A stretch of 64,000 bases of DNA from the NCBI GenBank assembly GCA_965645245.1, contig OZ287069.1:3162001-3226000 (forward strand), in the 5' to 3' direction. Within the stretch, counting starts at the first letter, position 1. Each line of letters begins with the position of its first letter. Source of the stretch: Massalongia carnosa. Its lineage: Eukaryota. The position numbers and the translations under genes are program-made. Under the pieces are notes generated by a model, which ran no database searches, was not told the DNA's origin, and saw only the letters and a list, made by a program, of their open reading frames with translations. Shown piece after piece: positions 39,618 to 51,955 of this stretch.

Positions 39618-40293
39618 AATTTTAAGGATTCGCATTCTTGAAGGTTGTGATATATTCATAAAATTTGAATTTCCTTATGCTATTGTTATTGTAACTTAGA
39701 GCTAGTTTTTTAAAACTGCAATCAAGTACATAAGGTCCTTGGCAGATTGAATCACTGATCTGTTTCTTCATCATCCAAATTCATCCCCGACATGTGCAAA
39801 TCCACTTAAGATTTCATGTCTACTCCCTTGAAATAGAAGAAGCAATTCTTGAGAGACAATCACGTGATGCAACCCACAATCGCGACACCGTCTTGAATGA
39901 TCTTTTCTCTACTCTACGCCGCAGCCAGCCCACTTCTTAGGCTGCTGACTGCATCTGCGGCCCAAACGATATGAAAGTAAACTAAGTGGTGCAACATACT
40001 ACTGCAGCAACTCAGCCGCAATATCGCCAGGCGCTCTGCAATGTCGACAGCTAGAATCTTGCATTGGTACGTTGTGCAGCATTTAGATCGGGTTCCAATT
40101 ATTGAGTTTTTTGTCGTGTTATTTACTGGAGGTGGAGAAGGATGCAAGAACTAAGTACTATTATTATTGACTGTGATCGTTTTGAATTGTGTTATTATGT
40201 GGAACTATTAACTTAATAACTTTGTTAGATTGTATGTTAGAGAGTTGAAGATTGCTAGATACGATTTTGTTGAAAGTTTTCATTCGCAAGACT

Positions 40294-42149
40294 ATGAAGA
40301 CAGCGAAAATGCTACTTTCTAGTTCAACCTTGCTTGTCGTTCTCACCTTGGGCATTTTATACAATGTTTTCCGTCGAGTCTATATCAGGTTCCGATACTT
40401 GAGCGATATTCCCGGGCCAAAATGGGCTGCCTACTCCAGATGGTGGATTATAAACGCTTATGCATCGGGAGACTCGGCACATCAACTCTTGGAAGTAAAC
40501 AAAAAATATGGTATGTACAAAAGATCGGATTACGCCAAGCGCAACACGTTTCGCCTTCATCTCTAGCATCTGATAACTGAATGAAGGTCCTCTGGCTCGA
40601 ATTGGACCTAATCATGTCCTCACGAACGACCCCGATGTCACTTCGAGAATTCTTGCTGTGCGCTCGCAGTATGAGCGCGGACCGTGGTTCGATTCTCTCA
40701 GGTTCGACCCTCATTTCAGTAGTATCGCCTCGGAGAGGGATCCGAAGAAGCATGATGCCCTGCGGTATAAAGTGACCGCTGGGGTAAGTGACCCAATTCC
40801 GAACGCGAAGGAAAGATCAAAGTTAACAGCCACCTAGTATGCCACGAAAGAATTCTCTACACTAGAAGGATCAGTGGACCGATGCTTCTCTGACTGGATG
40901 GACCGAATAGATAGCGAGTGGATAACTACCTCTGGACTCGTTCGGCAGTATGATATCGCCAGAAGTGTCCGCACCTTGACCATGGAGATTTCCGCATACG
41001 TCTGCTTCAGTGAAGGACTCGGTTTTACAGACGAGCAAAAGCAAGTGGACGACTTTTGGGGGAGTATAGAGGAGAACGCTCCGTATGGGCAATATCTTTC
41101 CGTGATTCAGGGATTGTTTCAGGCGATCTACACTTTGACGAAGATTCCTGGGATGAAAGAGCGATTGATTTTGACTGAAGACAACAATCCTGGCATTGGA
41201 AAAATTATAGGGGTGCGTTTGTTCTTTCTTGCCAACCTGAGGCCGGCCAGGCGACTGGGTCAATGACTTACAATCTATCCAGATCGCCAGGAGGATCACC
41301 GAGCAGCGGTACCACCCCAACTCCAAACCTCGACATGATATGCTAGGCTCATGGATCAAACATGGTTTATCCCCCGCCGAGTCCGAAACGGAGATATCAA
41401 TCGCTCTGTAAGCTCCTACCGAATTCCATCCCAAAACACCTGACCAACAGACACACTCAGCGTAACCGGCGCCTTCCCCGTCGCCGCCGCCATTAACTTC
41501 CTCCTCCTTCACATTGCGACAAATCCGAAGATTCTCGCCAAGCTCCGCCGTGAAATCGACCAGGCCATGGCCTCCGGTCTCCTCTCGTGCCTTATCGTCC
41601 AACACGCTGCAGCGAAAAAATTGCCATACCTCCAAGCCTGCATCCACGAAGGCCTGCGCAGATCCCCACCCATCACCCAGCTGCGCGAGCGCGTAACTCC
41701 CCCGGCCGGCGACACTATCTGCGGACGCTTCATCCCTGGTGGGGTCTTTGTGGGTTTCAACGCGCACGGCACACAAATGAACCCATGCTTTGGGGCGAAC
41801 CCGGAGGTGTTTGACCCGGAGCGGTGGTTGATTGATGATGCGAAGAGGCTGGAGGAGATGAAACGGGTACAGACTTTGGTGTTTGGTCACGGGTCGACGA
41901 AGTGTCTGGGCATGGCGCAAGCATTCATGGTGCTGAACAAGGCTATGGTCGAGGTAGGTTTTTCCCGTTGCTTTTCTTCATTCCTCGACGTGTGAGAACC
42001 ATGTGCTAAATTACCTCGCCAACCAGCTGATCCGGAGGTACGATATTACGGTTCTAGACCCGGCGAGGCCATGGGTGGATCAGTGCAATGGGGTCTCGTT
42101 CCATCGGGAGTTTTTGGTGTCTCTGGGCAAGCGAGAAGAAACTAGTTGA
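40294..42149 (+). CDS. Cytochrome P450 #3 (pisatin-demethylase-like type) with an atypical I-helix
   Basis: TM anchor, LSDIPGP, KYG|PLARIGPN, LPYLQACIHEGLR, FDPERW and heme motif FGHGSTKCLG. Five introns, with the frame intact as read. Confidence 0.9.
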
Positions 42150-43130
42150 TTTCGTGTCGTACTGTACAGAGTAATCCGTACTCGCACCGAACCATGGTTT
42201 TGATACATATTACGCAAGAATAGTACTTTAACTAGCCGTAACGATCGTCATAACCATGTACATACAGCTTTAATTACAGTGTACCGAGTATGTATTTGAG
42301 GAACTAGCGATCCGACCCCTTCGTTGCTCGTCAACGAAGTACTGTAACCTTATCCGGTTTCTATTTTCACATCCTCTCATGTAACTAGGTAACCACCCAC
42401 TGACTTTGGACTATAAGTACAGAGTATGAGAGATCCCGCCCCCAACAACCCTTTCTTGCGTGGCTGCCAACGTCCGGCAAACCTAAAAAGCAATTAATTC
42501 TGCATAGCTTACCCCTTTGCGCGCCTGGGGTACCTACACAGCCTCACCCCATCGCTTTCGGAGCCAGGAACGAGTTTAACAACCATCGACCTATTAACCC
42601 ATCCACCCGTTGAACCCCCCATCCCATCCATCTTATGCATCTATTGGACCTTCCCGAAACCGAATTGACAGGAACGAACCGAGTCTCATCCTGGTAAAAT
42701 CGATACACATTCTATATTCTATATCTGTTGGAACCAGCGCACGGGCTCATCCGTTCCATCCTCCATCCTCTCGGCTCCCATCATCTCTATTCTTGTTTTC
42801 TGTTCTCGATCTTCGCTTCTTTCAATATTTGTTCTTGGGTATTCTTGATTGTGCGTGAAGCGGCTGATGTAAGAAGGGAGGCGTAGCGTTTTTTTCTAGC
42901 AGAATTTGCGATGCAATGCGAAAGCTTGTTTTTATTATGGCTTTCAAGGTGAGGGTTGTTTTTGTATTCGTGCCGATAAGATTGAAGATTGAAGATGGGG
43001 TGCTGGGTGGTGTTGGGGGTTTAAGTTGTAGTCTTTTCGCCTCTATCTCCTCGTTCTTCATATCACTCATTGCTCGTCATCCATCGCCACACCCCTTCCC
43101 AACCAACACCGTCCACCCCCACCTTTCACA

Positions 43131-43725
43131 ATGTACCTCACCCGTCTCCTCCCTTCTCTCCTCTTCCTCCTCCTTGCCCCCCTCACTAACTCTCATCCCA
43201 CCCCCATCACCCCCACCCTCGAAATCACCCGCCTCCTCTCCTTCTACGCCCAGACCATCGACGCCAAATCCTACGCCCCTCTCACCCAGATATTCTCCCC
43301 CAACGTATCCGTCACCTACCCCTACCCCCCGCCTGACGACCGCATCTCCTCCCTCCCGCAGCTCCAGGAAGTGCTCGAGCGCCGCCTGCGCGGGTTGCAG
43401 ACGATGCACACCGTCAGCTCCACGGTGGTCGACTTCGCCGGCGGCGCGAGGGGGGAAGTGGCGAACAGCAGCGCCTACTTGGTCGCGAATTATTTTGGGC
43501 AGGGCAAGAGAACAGGCGAGGTGTTGCAGTATTTCGGCGTGTATCGGGACTCATGGGTGAGGGAGACGGCCGGGTGGCGTATTCGGAAGAGGGTGTTGGA
43601 GCGTTTTGTGAGTTTTCCTTCAAGAACAATAAGGTACGCGGGGAACAACGATTGCTAACAGAAAATTTGTATAGGGTCCAGGCACGATTGGCGACTTGGG
43701 CATCTTTGGCGACCCGACCATTTAA
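43131..43725 (+). CDS. Secreted SnoaL-like (NTF2-fold) protein, 175 aa
   Basis: Signal peptide MYLTRLLPSLLFLLLAPLTNS. LSFYAQTIDAK, TMHTVSSTVVD and GVYRDSWVRETAGWRIRKR are typical of SnoaL_4. Intron at 43608-43674; last exon GPGTIGDLGIFGDPTI*. Confidence 0.82.
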
Positions 43726-44529
43726 AGGGCGTGTTTTCTTCCATGAAACGTTCTATTTTTTCATTTGTTCTTGCAAGATGCGGCTTTCGCCTGTCTGACA
43801 ATGGATGAATAGATGGATAGACGGTTCTCTTTGGATGCTTAAGTGCATTGGCGGATAGGCTACGCTAGGCTGTCTTTCAGCATTGCATTGCGTTGGGCTG
43901 GGCTGGGCTGGGCTGAACCGTACTGAATCGATTGAGCAGTCGAATAGCGAATCACATTTACTAGCGACAACAGTCAAACAATCGAACCCAAATTGATGCA
44001 TGAGTGTCCCATTATTCATTTCGACTTCTCTCATTCAAAGTCTTTCTAAACCTACCCATTCCTCTTCTTTTCATCCCTCTTTCACACACTTTCTCTTATA
44101 CACATACACAGACATACACAACGCTACCTACCTAGCTAAAACCCCCCGGAACTGCTTTCTCTCCTGAACCTCCCCTCCCATTCCCCGTTTTTGGGGGCCT
44201 TTTCCCCTCGAGGTTTTCGTTTTCGCTGGGAGGTGATGTATCGTATCATTGTCGTTCGTTCCCCCTTCTGCTCCTCGGGAAACTTTAGGCGCTGGTTCTG
44301 TTCTCTTAAGTCAGTGACCTTTTTTTCGGGGGGGTTTTTTTTAGATAGATGGATAGGTACTTTCTTCACTTTTTTTATTTAAGTTCTTCTTCATCGTCAT
44401 CATCATCGTATGAACATCATATTAATTCATCATGAAGCGCTGCTCTAGTCATTTCAAGAAGAGAAAATGTCTTTCTCTCTCTCTTTTTTCTTTTTTTGCT
44501 TTTTTTCTCTTTTAAAACGACCACCATCA

Positions 44530-44635
44530 ACATCGTCATGATTCATTATCTATTTATTTATTCGTCATACTAGGCATGTAACATCATCATCATGATTCAT
44601 TATCTATTTATTTATTCGTCATACTAGGCATGTAA
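44530..44635. repeat. Tandem duplication of a ~52-bp unit
   Basis: CATGATTCATTATCTATTTATTTATTCGTCATACTAGGCATGTAA occurs twice, head to tail. Confidence 0.9.
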
Positions 44636-46624
44636 TCTAATCCAATCCTACAGAACCAATCCACAGATCATGTCACGGTTCAATCCACCCAAGGCCAATC
44701 ACAGGAAAGTACGGCATCTGCCGGCGCACTAACCGCTTCCGTTACTCAACCCTTTTAGCAATCATAGGGGCAATCAACGGGGGTCTGAAAGGACTGAAAG
44801 GGACGCATCGGAACGACATTCTAAAGCAAACACAAATGGATAAAAGGGACAAAGGACAGAAAGACTGTTTGACCAAACTGTTCACTTATTGATGAAGACA
44901 CAAGCAGCTGGATCGGGCCAAGCGATTATCTATATAGACTCTCAGAGAGGGCACCCTTTGCTTGTTTCCTTTCTGCATCTTTGATATTTTCTAGTGCATA
45001 GCTTCCCAGTAGATAGTCAATTCCAATCCTGGTTGAACCGTCACAGATCAGATCAGATCAGACCTAACAAAACCAAACCACATCACATCACATCACATCA
45101 CATCATATTTAAATCAAACCAACCCAGTCCAATTCATTCATCCATCCCCGATCACCGACCAAGACCCGAGTACCGGTTTACTCAACCGCTCATCCCATTC
45201 CCCCCTCTCACACCTTCTACGTAACCCCCCCCCCCAGAACACCCAAAAAGGGGGAAAAGGGTTATTTATACACATGACGCTCTCATTCGTCCCCCCCACC
45301 ACTCCACTCTCCAAACTCCTCTGTCATCCCACCCCCCAGAAGAATATTCAAGGGGAAAAGGTGATATGGACGCTCTCGCGAACAGTGACTGGTGCAAGAG
45401 AAAAACAGACAGACACATACATATCTATCTGCCCCCCCACCCCTTTCCTGGACCAACCTCCTGTGTAGTCTCATTCTCGTCCTCGCCGCATTCCGTTCCT
45501 GGCTCGTTAATTCCTTCTTTTCATTTTCATTCTCATTTTCATTTCATTTCTGCTCATTTCACACCCACCCTCCCACTCATTCTGCTCCTCCTAAGCTCAC
45601 TCGCACCTTCCATTCCCCTTCCTCGTCTATCATTCACGGTTCATGGCTTAAAACTATAGAGATACATATGGCCCAAACATATCGTCCCACATCCTTGGCG
45701 GTCGTTACTGTCAATATAGTCGGTTTGGTTTGGTTAGTTGGTTGGGGATGCGATTGGGGGAAGGAGAGAAAGGAGAGAAGGGGTCAAGGGAGGAAGAGAA
45801 GGATAGGACATGAATGGAAGAGGTACATAAGTAAGCAGAAAAAAGGTAGAGGGGAGATAAAGAAGAGAAGGAGAAAAGAGAGCAGCGGGGGGGGGAACAT
45901 TAACAGCGCCAGTATTACATCAATAATCGAATGATGAATAACGAGAGATAGTTCAATTAATGGACATATTGTCTCAGTTGCACAAAATGTTCAAGAACCA
46001 ACAACAGTTCCTCCATATAAAGTCAGGAGAGGGAGTGAATCTAGACATTCACCGATGTATTATTGTTATTATTTTTATAGGAGGAGTTAAAAGGAGACTC
46101 TGGTTGCAGGTGATCGCATTGACTATGAAGCTATCTAAAAGGAAAAGAGCAGACTTTTCACCAAAGGGCAAAGCACGCTAAACCTAAAACCTTCCTAGAG
46201 AAGATTAGACTACCCGCTATCCACGTTATAAGGCAGTGAGCCCAAGCCATTATAACCATAATCGCAACCGCCATTCAACAGGAGGTGCTGTTTTGCCGCT
46301 CTGCTGTTTGTTTTATCTTCTGGATGGATGAATGGATGAACACCTTTTCATCAAGTACCAACTCTAGAACCCAGAAAAAAAACCCAGATCCTATCCTCTG
46401 ATTACAGAAAAAAAGAGCCACAAACAACTCATTTTCCCTTACCCATCCCCCCCCAACCGCAACGCTCTATTCCGTTTCCCCCGGAGCCCAAACACATTGC
46501 CAGCGCATACAACCATCAAAGCATCAATCCGTTCCGGGGAAGCCATCTCGATAACCTAAATACCCCAACCGGTGAGAGATAGTATGTTATCCGGGAGGAT
46601 TTTCTTGGCTGTCGCTGCCTGATG

Positions 46625-49482
46625 ATGATGATGATGATGTATTCATACTCCGATATGACACCGGCCGTAGGCCGGCCCATGCGGGCAAAGCTATCTAAGT
46701 TATGTTACATGGAAAACCTTTCACAGGTGTAAAAACCATGTCCCTTGATACCCGTCCGATGTGACTACGGGTCGACGTCGGGCGGGAGACGCAGTTCAAA
46801 AGACGTGTGGGAACTGTAATGCCTTGTGAAAAGAGAAGAAAGAAAGAAAGGTTCAACTATTGTTGATTTTACAATAATGTTGATGCTAGTGAGAATTGAT
46901 TCAATAAGCCTGTTTTCATTAGCCAAGCAGTTAGTATCTTCAGAGTTTTTGATGATTTGGTCAGCTGCTGATAGTCGCTCGTGCCGGCGGCGCGAAACAT
47001 CTGTTCTCTATTGTCAATAAGTCTGCAGAACATGATTACATGTTCTGGAGTTTGTCTGTGCCAGCCACATGAGCAGGCCGGTGAGGCGACGGAGGGCACC
47101 CGTCGCTTGTAGAGGAAGTCAGCTAACCCGATCTTGCCAGTGCGGATTTGAGTTGTTAGAGCGCTTTCTGCCTTTTTTAGCTGCGTGTGTATTTTCAGCC
47201 GTTTTTTGCTCAGTGGGACTGATTGTGCTATGGAGGGTTCGATGACGCGATTTTGATATGCGCACCACGAGTCGTTCCAGACCTTCATTTGTCGTGCTTT
47301 GATTGTTTGCATCTGCTTGTGTCGGGCCGTTGCCGCAACGGTAGCTTCGCGGTGCCACGCCGGGTAGAATTCGAACCATGGTGGGTGTGCCTTTGGTGGT
47401 TGAACTATTCTTGAGTCGATCAGTAGGCTTTTGGCCCAGATGTGTTTCAGCTTTCCCGGGGTGGGCTTTTGAAATCGTTTGCGACCTGCCTTGCCTCGAA
47501 GTTTGTCAGCTATTTTGTTGCATGCGGAGGAGATGATCTTCAATTGGCCTCCGGCTCGGAGCCGGTGCCTTGCCTGTGCTTGTAGCATGTCGAGATGCGT
47601 GTCTATGGGCGCTATGAATGTCTCTGCTTCTAGTACTGAGATGGGAGTGGCTTTAAAGGCACCGGCTATGGTGCGAAGGCAATTGTTTTGCATGACGGAG
47701 AGCTTGCTCGTTGACGTTTTTGACTTTTTGACTTCTTTGGGCATGTGCCATACGGTTGACCCATATGTCATGGCCGGACGCACCACGGCACTGTAAACCT
47801 GCCTTGCCTTGGCGAAGGTGGCACCCCAGGTTGATGTGGAAATTTTTGTCAATGCCATGGATTGTTTGACCATTTTCTCTTGCGTTTTGCGAACGTGCGG
47901 TCCCCATTTCAATTTGGTGTCGATTTGTAGGCCCAATACTCTGATGTCCGTTTTAGGTTCAATTTCGGTGCTAGCAATATTGATGGATGCAGTCATGTTG
48001 AATCTTTTGGGATTTCTGGACAAGTGTATGAGTTCGTACTTCGTCGGAGCGAATACGGACCCGTGCCGGGAAGCCCACGTCTCACATTGTCTGTGTATTG
48101 CCTCTAGAGTTTTGCAGTTTTCCTCGGTGCTTTTTCCATATGCCAAAATGTTTGCGTCGTCTACGAATCCTATGGCACTTGTGTTTTTGCCTGGTCGATC
48201 ACATATTTCCAATAGATCTGCATTGTAAAATAGGTAAAGAATGGATGACAGGGGAGAGCCCTGCGGGATACCCGTTCTTACCGCAAACCGCCCAGTGACT
48301 TTTCGATTTATTGCTAAAGTGGTGCTTCGATCGCTCAGAAAGCTGTTTAACCAGTCGGTGATCCATTTTGGAATTTTTCTTTTCCGTAGGTTGTGCGTTA
48401 GTCGTTGATGTGATACCGTATCGAACGCGCCGGCGACGTTCATGCTTAGCAGTGTGGCTACTTTGTCTTTTCCCTGTCCCCAAATCGTATGAACCTGTTC
48501 AGTTAGCAGTTCCAGTGCTGACTCTGTGGATCTGCCCTTCCTTGCTCCCATCTGTGTATCGGGTAGGAGCCGGTGTTTTTCCGCCAGATAGGTTATTTTC
48601 GATCCAATGATGGATTCCATAACTTTACTGAGCGTTTTGAGCAATGCAATTGGTCGGTAGGCTTTCGGCGTGGTATAGTCTCCTTTGCCTATTTTTTTCA
48701 GCGCTATTTTGTTTGCCATTTTGAAGGCCCGCGGGTGGTACGAGTGTGTGACGCACGCCTGAAACAGAGGTGTTAGTAGTTCGACAAGTATTTCGCTGCA
48801 TGCTTTGAGTATTCTGTTAGATATGCCGTCTGGGCCCGGTGCCCTATCGGACTTGAGCCGACTCAGGGCCGTCGATACTTCTGACTTGGTGATGATTATT
48901 GGGCAGTGCGGCGATGTAGGATAGAAGGATCCTTCTATGTCGCTTAGGTCGGCCGGTGGTGGTGCGGGAAAGAAGACACCTTTCAGCATTTCGGCTTTTT
49001 GGTCAAACGTGTCTGCTACTTGGTCATTGAATTTTAGCATCGGCATTTTGGATACTTCTCTAGATTGATGACTTTTGTCTTTGGCCCATTTCGCTAGCCG
49101 CCATAGTCCCTGAGGCGTTTCGGTGGCCTTATTGATTTCTTGACGAAAGTTTGTTCTCTTTGCCTTTCGAATGATTTTCTGTTTTTTATCATTGGATTTC
49201 ATATAGATAGACCAGTCCGTTAGGTCTAACGTGCTGGACCATATGCGGCGTAGTTTCCGTGTGGCTTTGGTGGCAATGCTGCATTCTTCTGTCCAGAATG
49301 GCTTAGCATATTCGCTAGATTTTGCCCATGGAACTGCTTCGTTGATGACATTTTGTAGAAATTTTTGAATCGATTCCGTGTACGCATCAATCTCGGCAGT
49401 GGTACGGGGAGACTCCGGTATAGGGGCGAGTCGTTCGGCCTCCCTTAATTTTTCCAGGTTTAGAAGTTTCCATGCTCTGCGT
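46625..49482 (-). mobile_element. 5'-truncated Tad1-clade LINE (non-LTR retrotransposon)
   Basis: RT-encoding frame; 3' end ...GAATA(CAT)n on the minus strand; perfect 15-bp TSD TGTCGCTGCCTGATG at 46610-46624 and 49483-49497. ORF1 and the endonuclease domain are absent. Confidence 0.95.
46869..49480 (-). CDS. LINE ORF2 fragment: reverse transcriptase plus C-terminal CCHC-type finger, no RNase H
   Basis: APGPDGI, YRPIALL, QMGARKGRST, GIPQGSPLS, FVDD, RVLGLQID and CSCGW..TPEHVIMFC. The frame is open from the truncation point to the stop at 46869. Confidence 0.9.
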
Positions 49483-51357
49483 TGTCGCTGCCTGATGTGG
49501 TGGCATTGAAAATCAATTCGGGTCGGTGGTCCTTTCGGGGCATTTTTGGGGTACTGTTTAAGAGGTGTGAGATTTGGGGGAAGAAGGGGGGTTTTGGGAA
49601 AATTGTGCTGAGGAAGAGGGTGAGAGATATATCGTTGGAAGGTGGAAGGAATGGAACATGTATCAAATATGATGATTCTCCTTCTTCAACATACATCTTT
49701 CCACAACCAGAGATAATCAAAAACTCGAGAAGGCGAGTTACTTAAGCGATCCGAAACCCTTTCCGTGTCCGGAAAAATCGCTGTGAGAAAGCGATCTAGC
49801 AAAACTGTTGATTGTTACCATGAAGCAGAAAGGGCGCTCGAGATGAGGAAGAATCTTGAGAGAAAGACGATTGATCATCAATTGCGCGGAAAAGTCGTAT
49901 CGTTGGATCGCGAAACTATCGAGGAAAGTGATACATGGAGATATGTTCGTTGACCTTCGTGGGAGCACCACTTCCCAATATTGACCGTGAGGGAGGCTTG
50001 ATACACATCGAGCACTTGTGATATAAGCCATCACTCCGGACTCATGTCCGGATCTGGAAAGCCCAATGCTTGATTTCCCTCCAAAGACCCCATCCCCCTC
50101 CCCAACCAGAACATAAAGAAAAGGAAACGGACGGCGAAATACGTCAGAAAAAACCTGATCTCACGAATGTATCCCGAGTTTACACTGGAAAATCACACAA
50201 GGAATTCAGAAGCGGATTTGAGCAATCCTTGCGCAAGAGAGATTTTTTTTTTCGCGTAGGATTTGGAGTTTGCCTATTGATCTCAGATGATCCTAGAGTA
50301 TTGTGCGCTTGATGCTGTTTTGCGGATATACGTTTTGGTCGACGAAAGAAAATACGGTATCCAGATTTATCCGAATATTTCAGATGATGTCACATATCGC
50401 ATCGATCCTGATCGGGATTTCGTCATGATGTCAGATAATCGGCTGAGCACACTTCACCGGTTAATGATCGCCGTTCAACCGCCTCCACGATTATTTCCAC
50501 GCAGATGAATAACGATCGTGCAAGTCGATTGGCGTATTCGAAACTCACACGCCACGCGAGATCATGAAACTCGAAAGATCCGCTCCAAATCGACTTCGAG
50601 AAGATGAGGGAAAAGTGCCCCGGCAAAAGCTCGGCAGGGGGGAATGAACTGACGCGAAAGGGGGCGTCGGAACGGGGAGCAGTGGGACGGGAAAGGGTGG
50701 AACAGAAAGGAGTACCGAGTAAATAAAACACGGGAACTGGAGAGGAGCGAACCATCCGAAGCGAGACATGGAACGTTGATCGGGCAGAGAAGGGGATATC
50801 ACAAGCGGTGCATGCATGACACGAACAGCCCTCACGAGAAAGGGAAGATGTGTGGGCAAACCGCAACGATTCACGATCATCGTTTTCCATGCATGTCGTC
50901 AGCGAGAGGAGAGGGGATTGTGTCTCGATCAACGGTCACCAAGCCGAGAGAACCAATCTAACTCTGTGACGACCAACCACTCGAATCTGTCCCTGCCCGC
51001 CAAGCGATATCACCACACACTAGTTAGCATCTCCCCAGGTTCCACTCGACTCCCTCATCGTCGCAGATTTGAAATTAATCGCGCTCTGCCTAGCCCTGAT
51101 GAGGAATCGTCGGCAACGAGCAACCAACGAGCAACAACTTCATGGATCACACAGCCAATCAATAGTTTAGTTCAGAGACGAACTGAACTAATCATTCACA
51201 CGATCCCCATCTTTTTGATGTCGTTCACCCCTGGTCGCCTTTTGATGGAAGGTGTGTGGTCCCCGCCACGCTGGAGACGCGGGAGACGCGGGATGTGAGA
51301 TGAATGGTTCCATGGACGAAATTCTGACACGATCACGAGGTACCGCTGACTACTCGA

Positions 51358-51472
51358 TACGCTGTATTCTGTACGCTGTATTCTGTACGCTGTACGCTGT
51401 ATTCTGTACGCTGTATACTGTACGCTGTATCCTGTACGCTGTATTCTGCACTCTAAACTCTGTACTCTGTAT
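51358..51472. repeat. Minisatellite with 7/14-bp period (TACGCTG TATTCTG)
   Basis: Repeated CTGTACG / CTGTATT units upstream of the permease. Confidence 0.9.
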
Positions 51473-51955
51473 CGTCGTTCAAGATTGATGGGCGAACGAT
51501 GATGATGATTGACGGTTGATCCGAGTTCCTACTCTTCCAAATTCCCCGTTCGGCATTAGTGCAGTGGCGCGCCAGCAGAGGATCATGCAGAGTACTCGAC
51601 ATATCGCGTGGCTAGTTTGTCGATAAATCCTTCCCCCACCGCCTCCCGTTTCTACTTATTCTCGCTAGCAAGCCGCGGTCCTGGGATTCTCCAATAGATT
51701 CCGATTGCACTTCCATCATCCCCCATTCCATCCCATCTCTCCACCATCTGCAAACAATCTCGGCGTCCCTTTTAACTTTTTCCTTTTCGTTAGACTTTCT
51801 GTTCCATCCATGTTGATTGATCCAAGTGAATTAATTGTTGTGGTTATCTCCTCCCCCCTCCCCCTCCCCCTCCCCCACCAACTCGATTCTCTCTCTCTCT
51901 CTCTTTTTTTTTTTTGAGGCATCCCTCGTTCCGGTCGAATATCATCAGTTTAGTT

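Noticed and set aside
40871..41920. 349-aa minus-strand ORF
   Set aside because: Antisense shadow of P450 #3.
51358..51472. Tandem repeat as a CRISPR-like array
   Set aside because: 7-bp periodic units without unique spacers, in a eukaryotic context.
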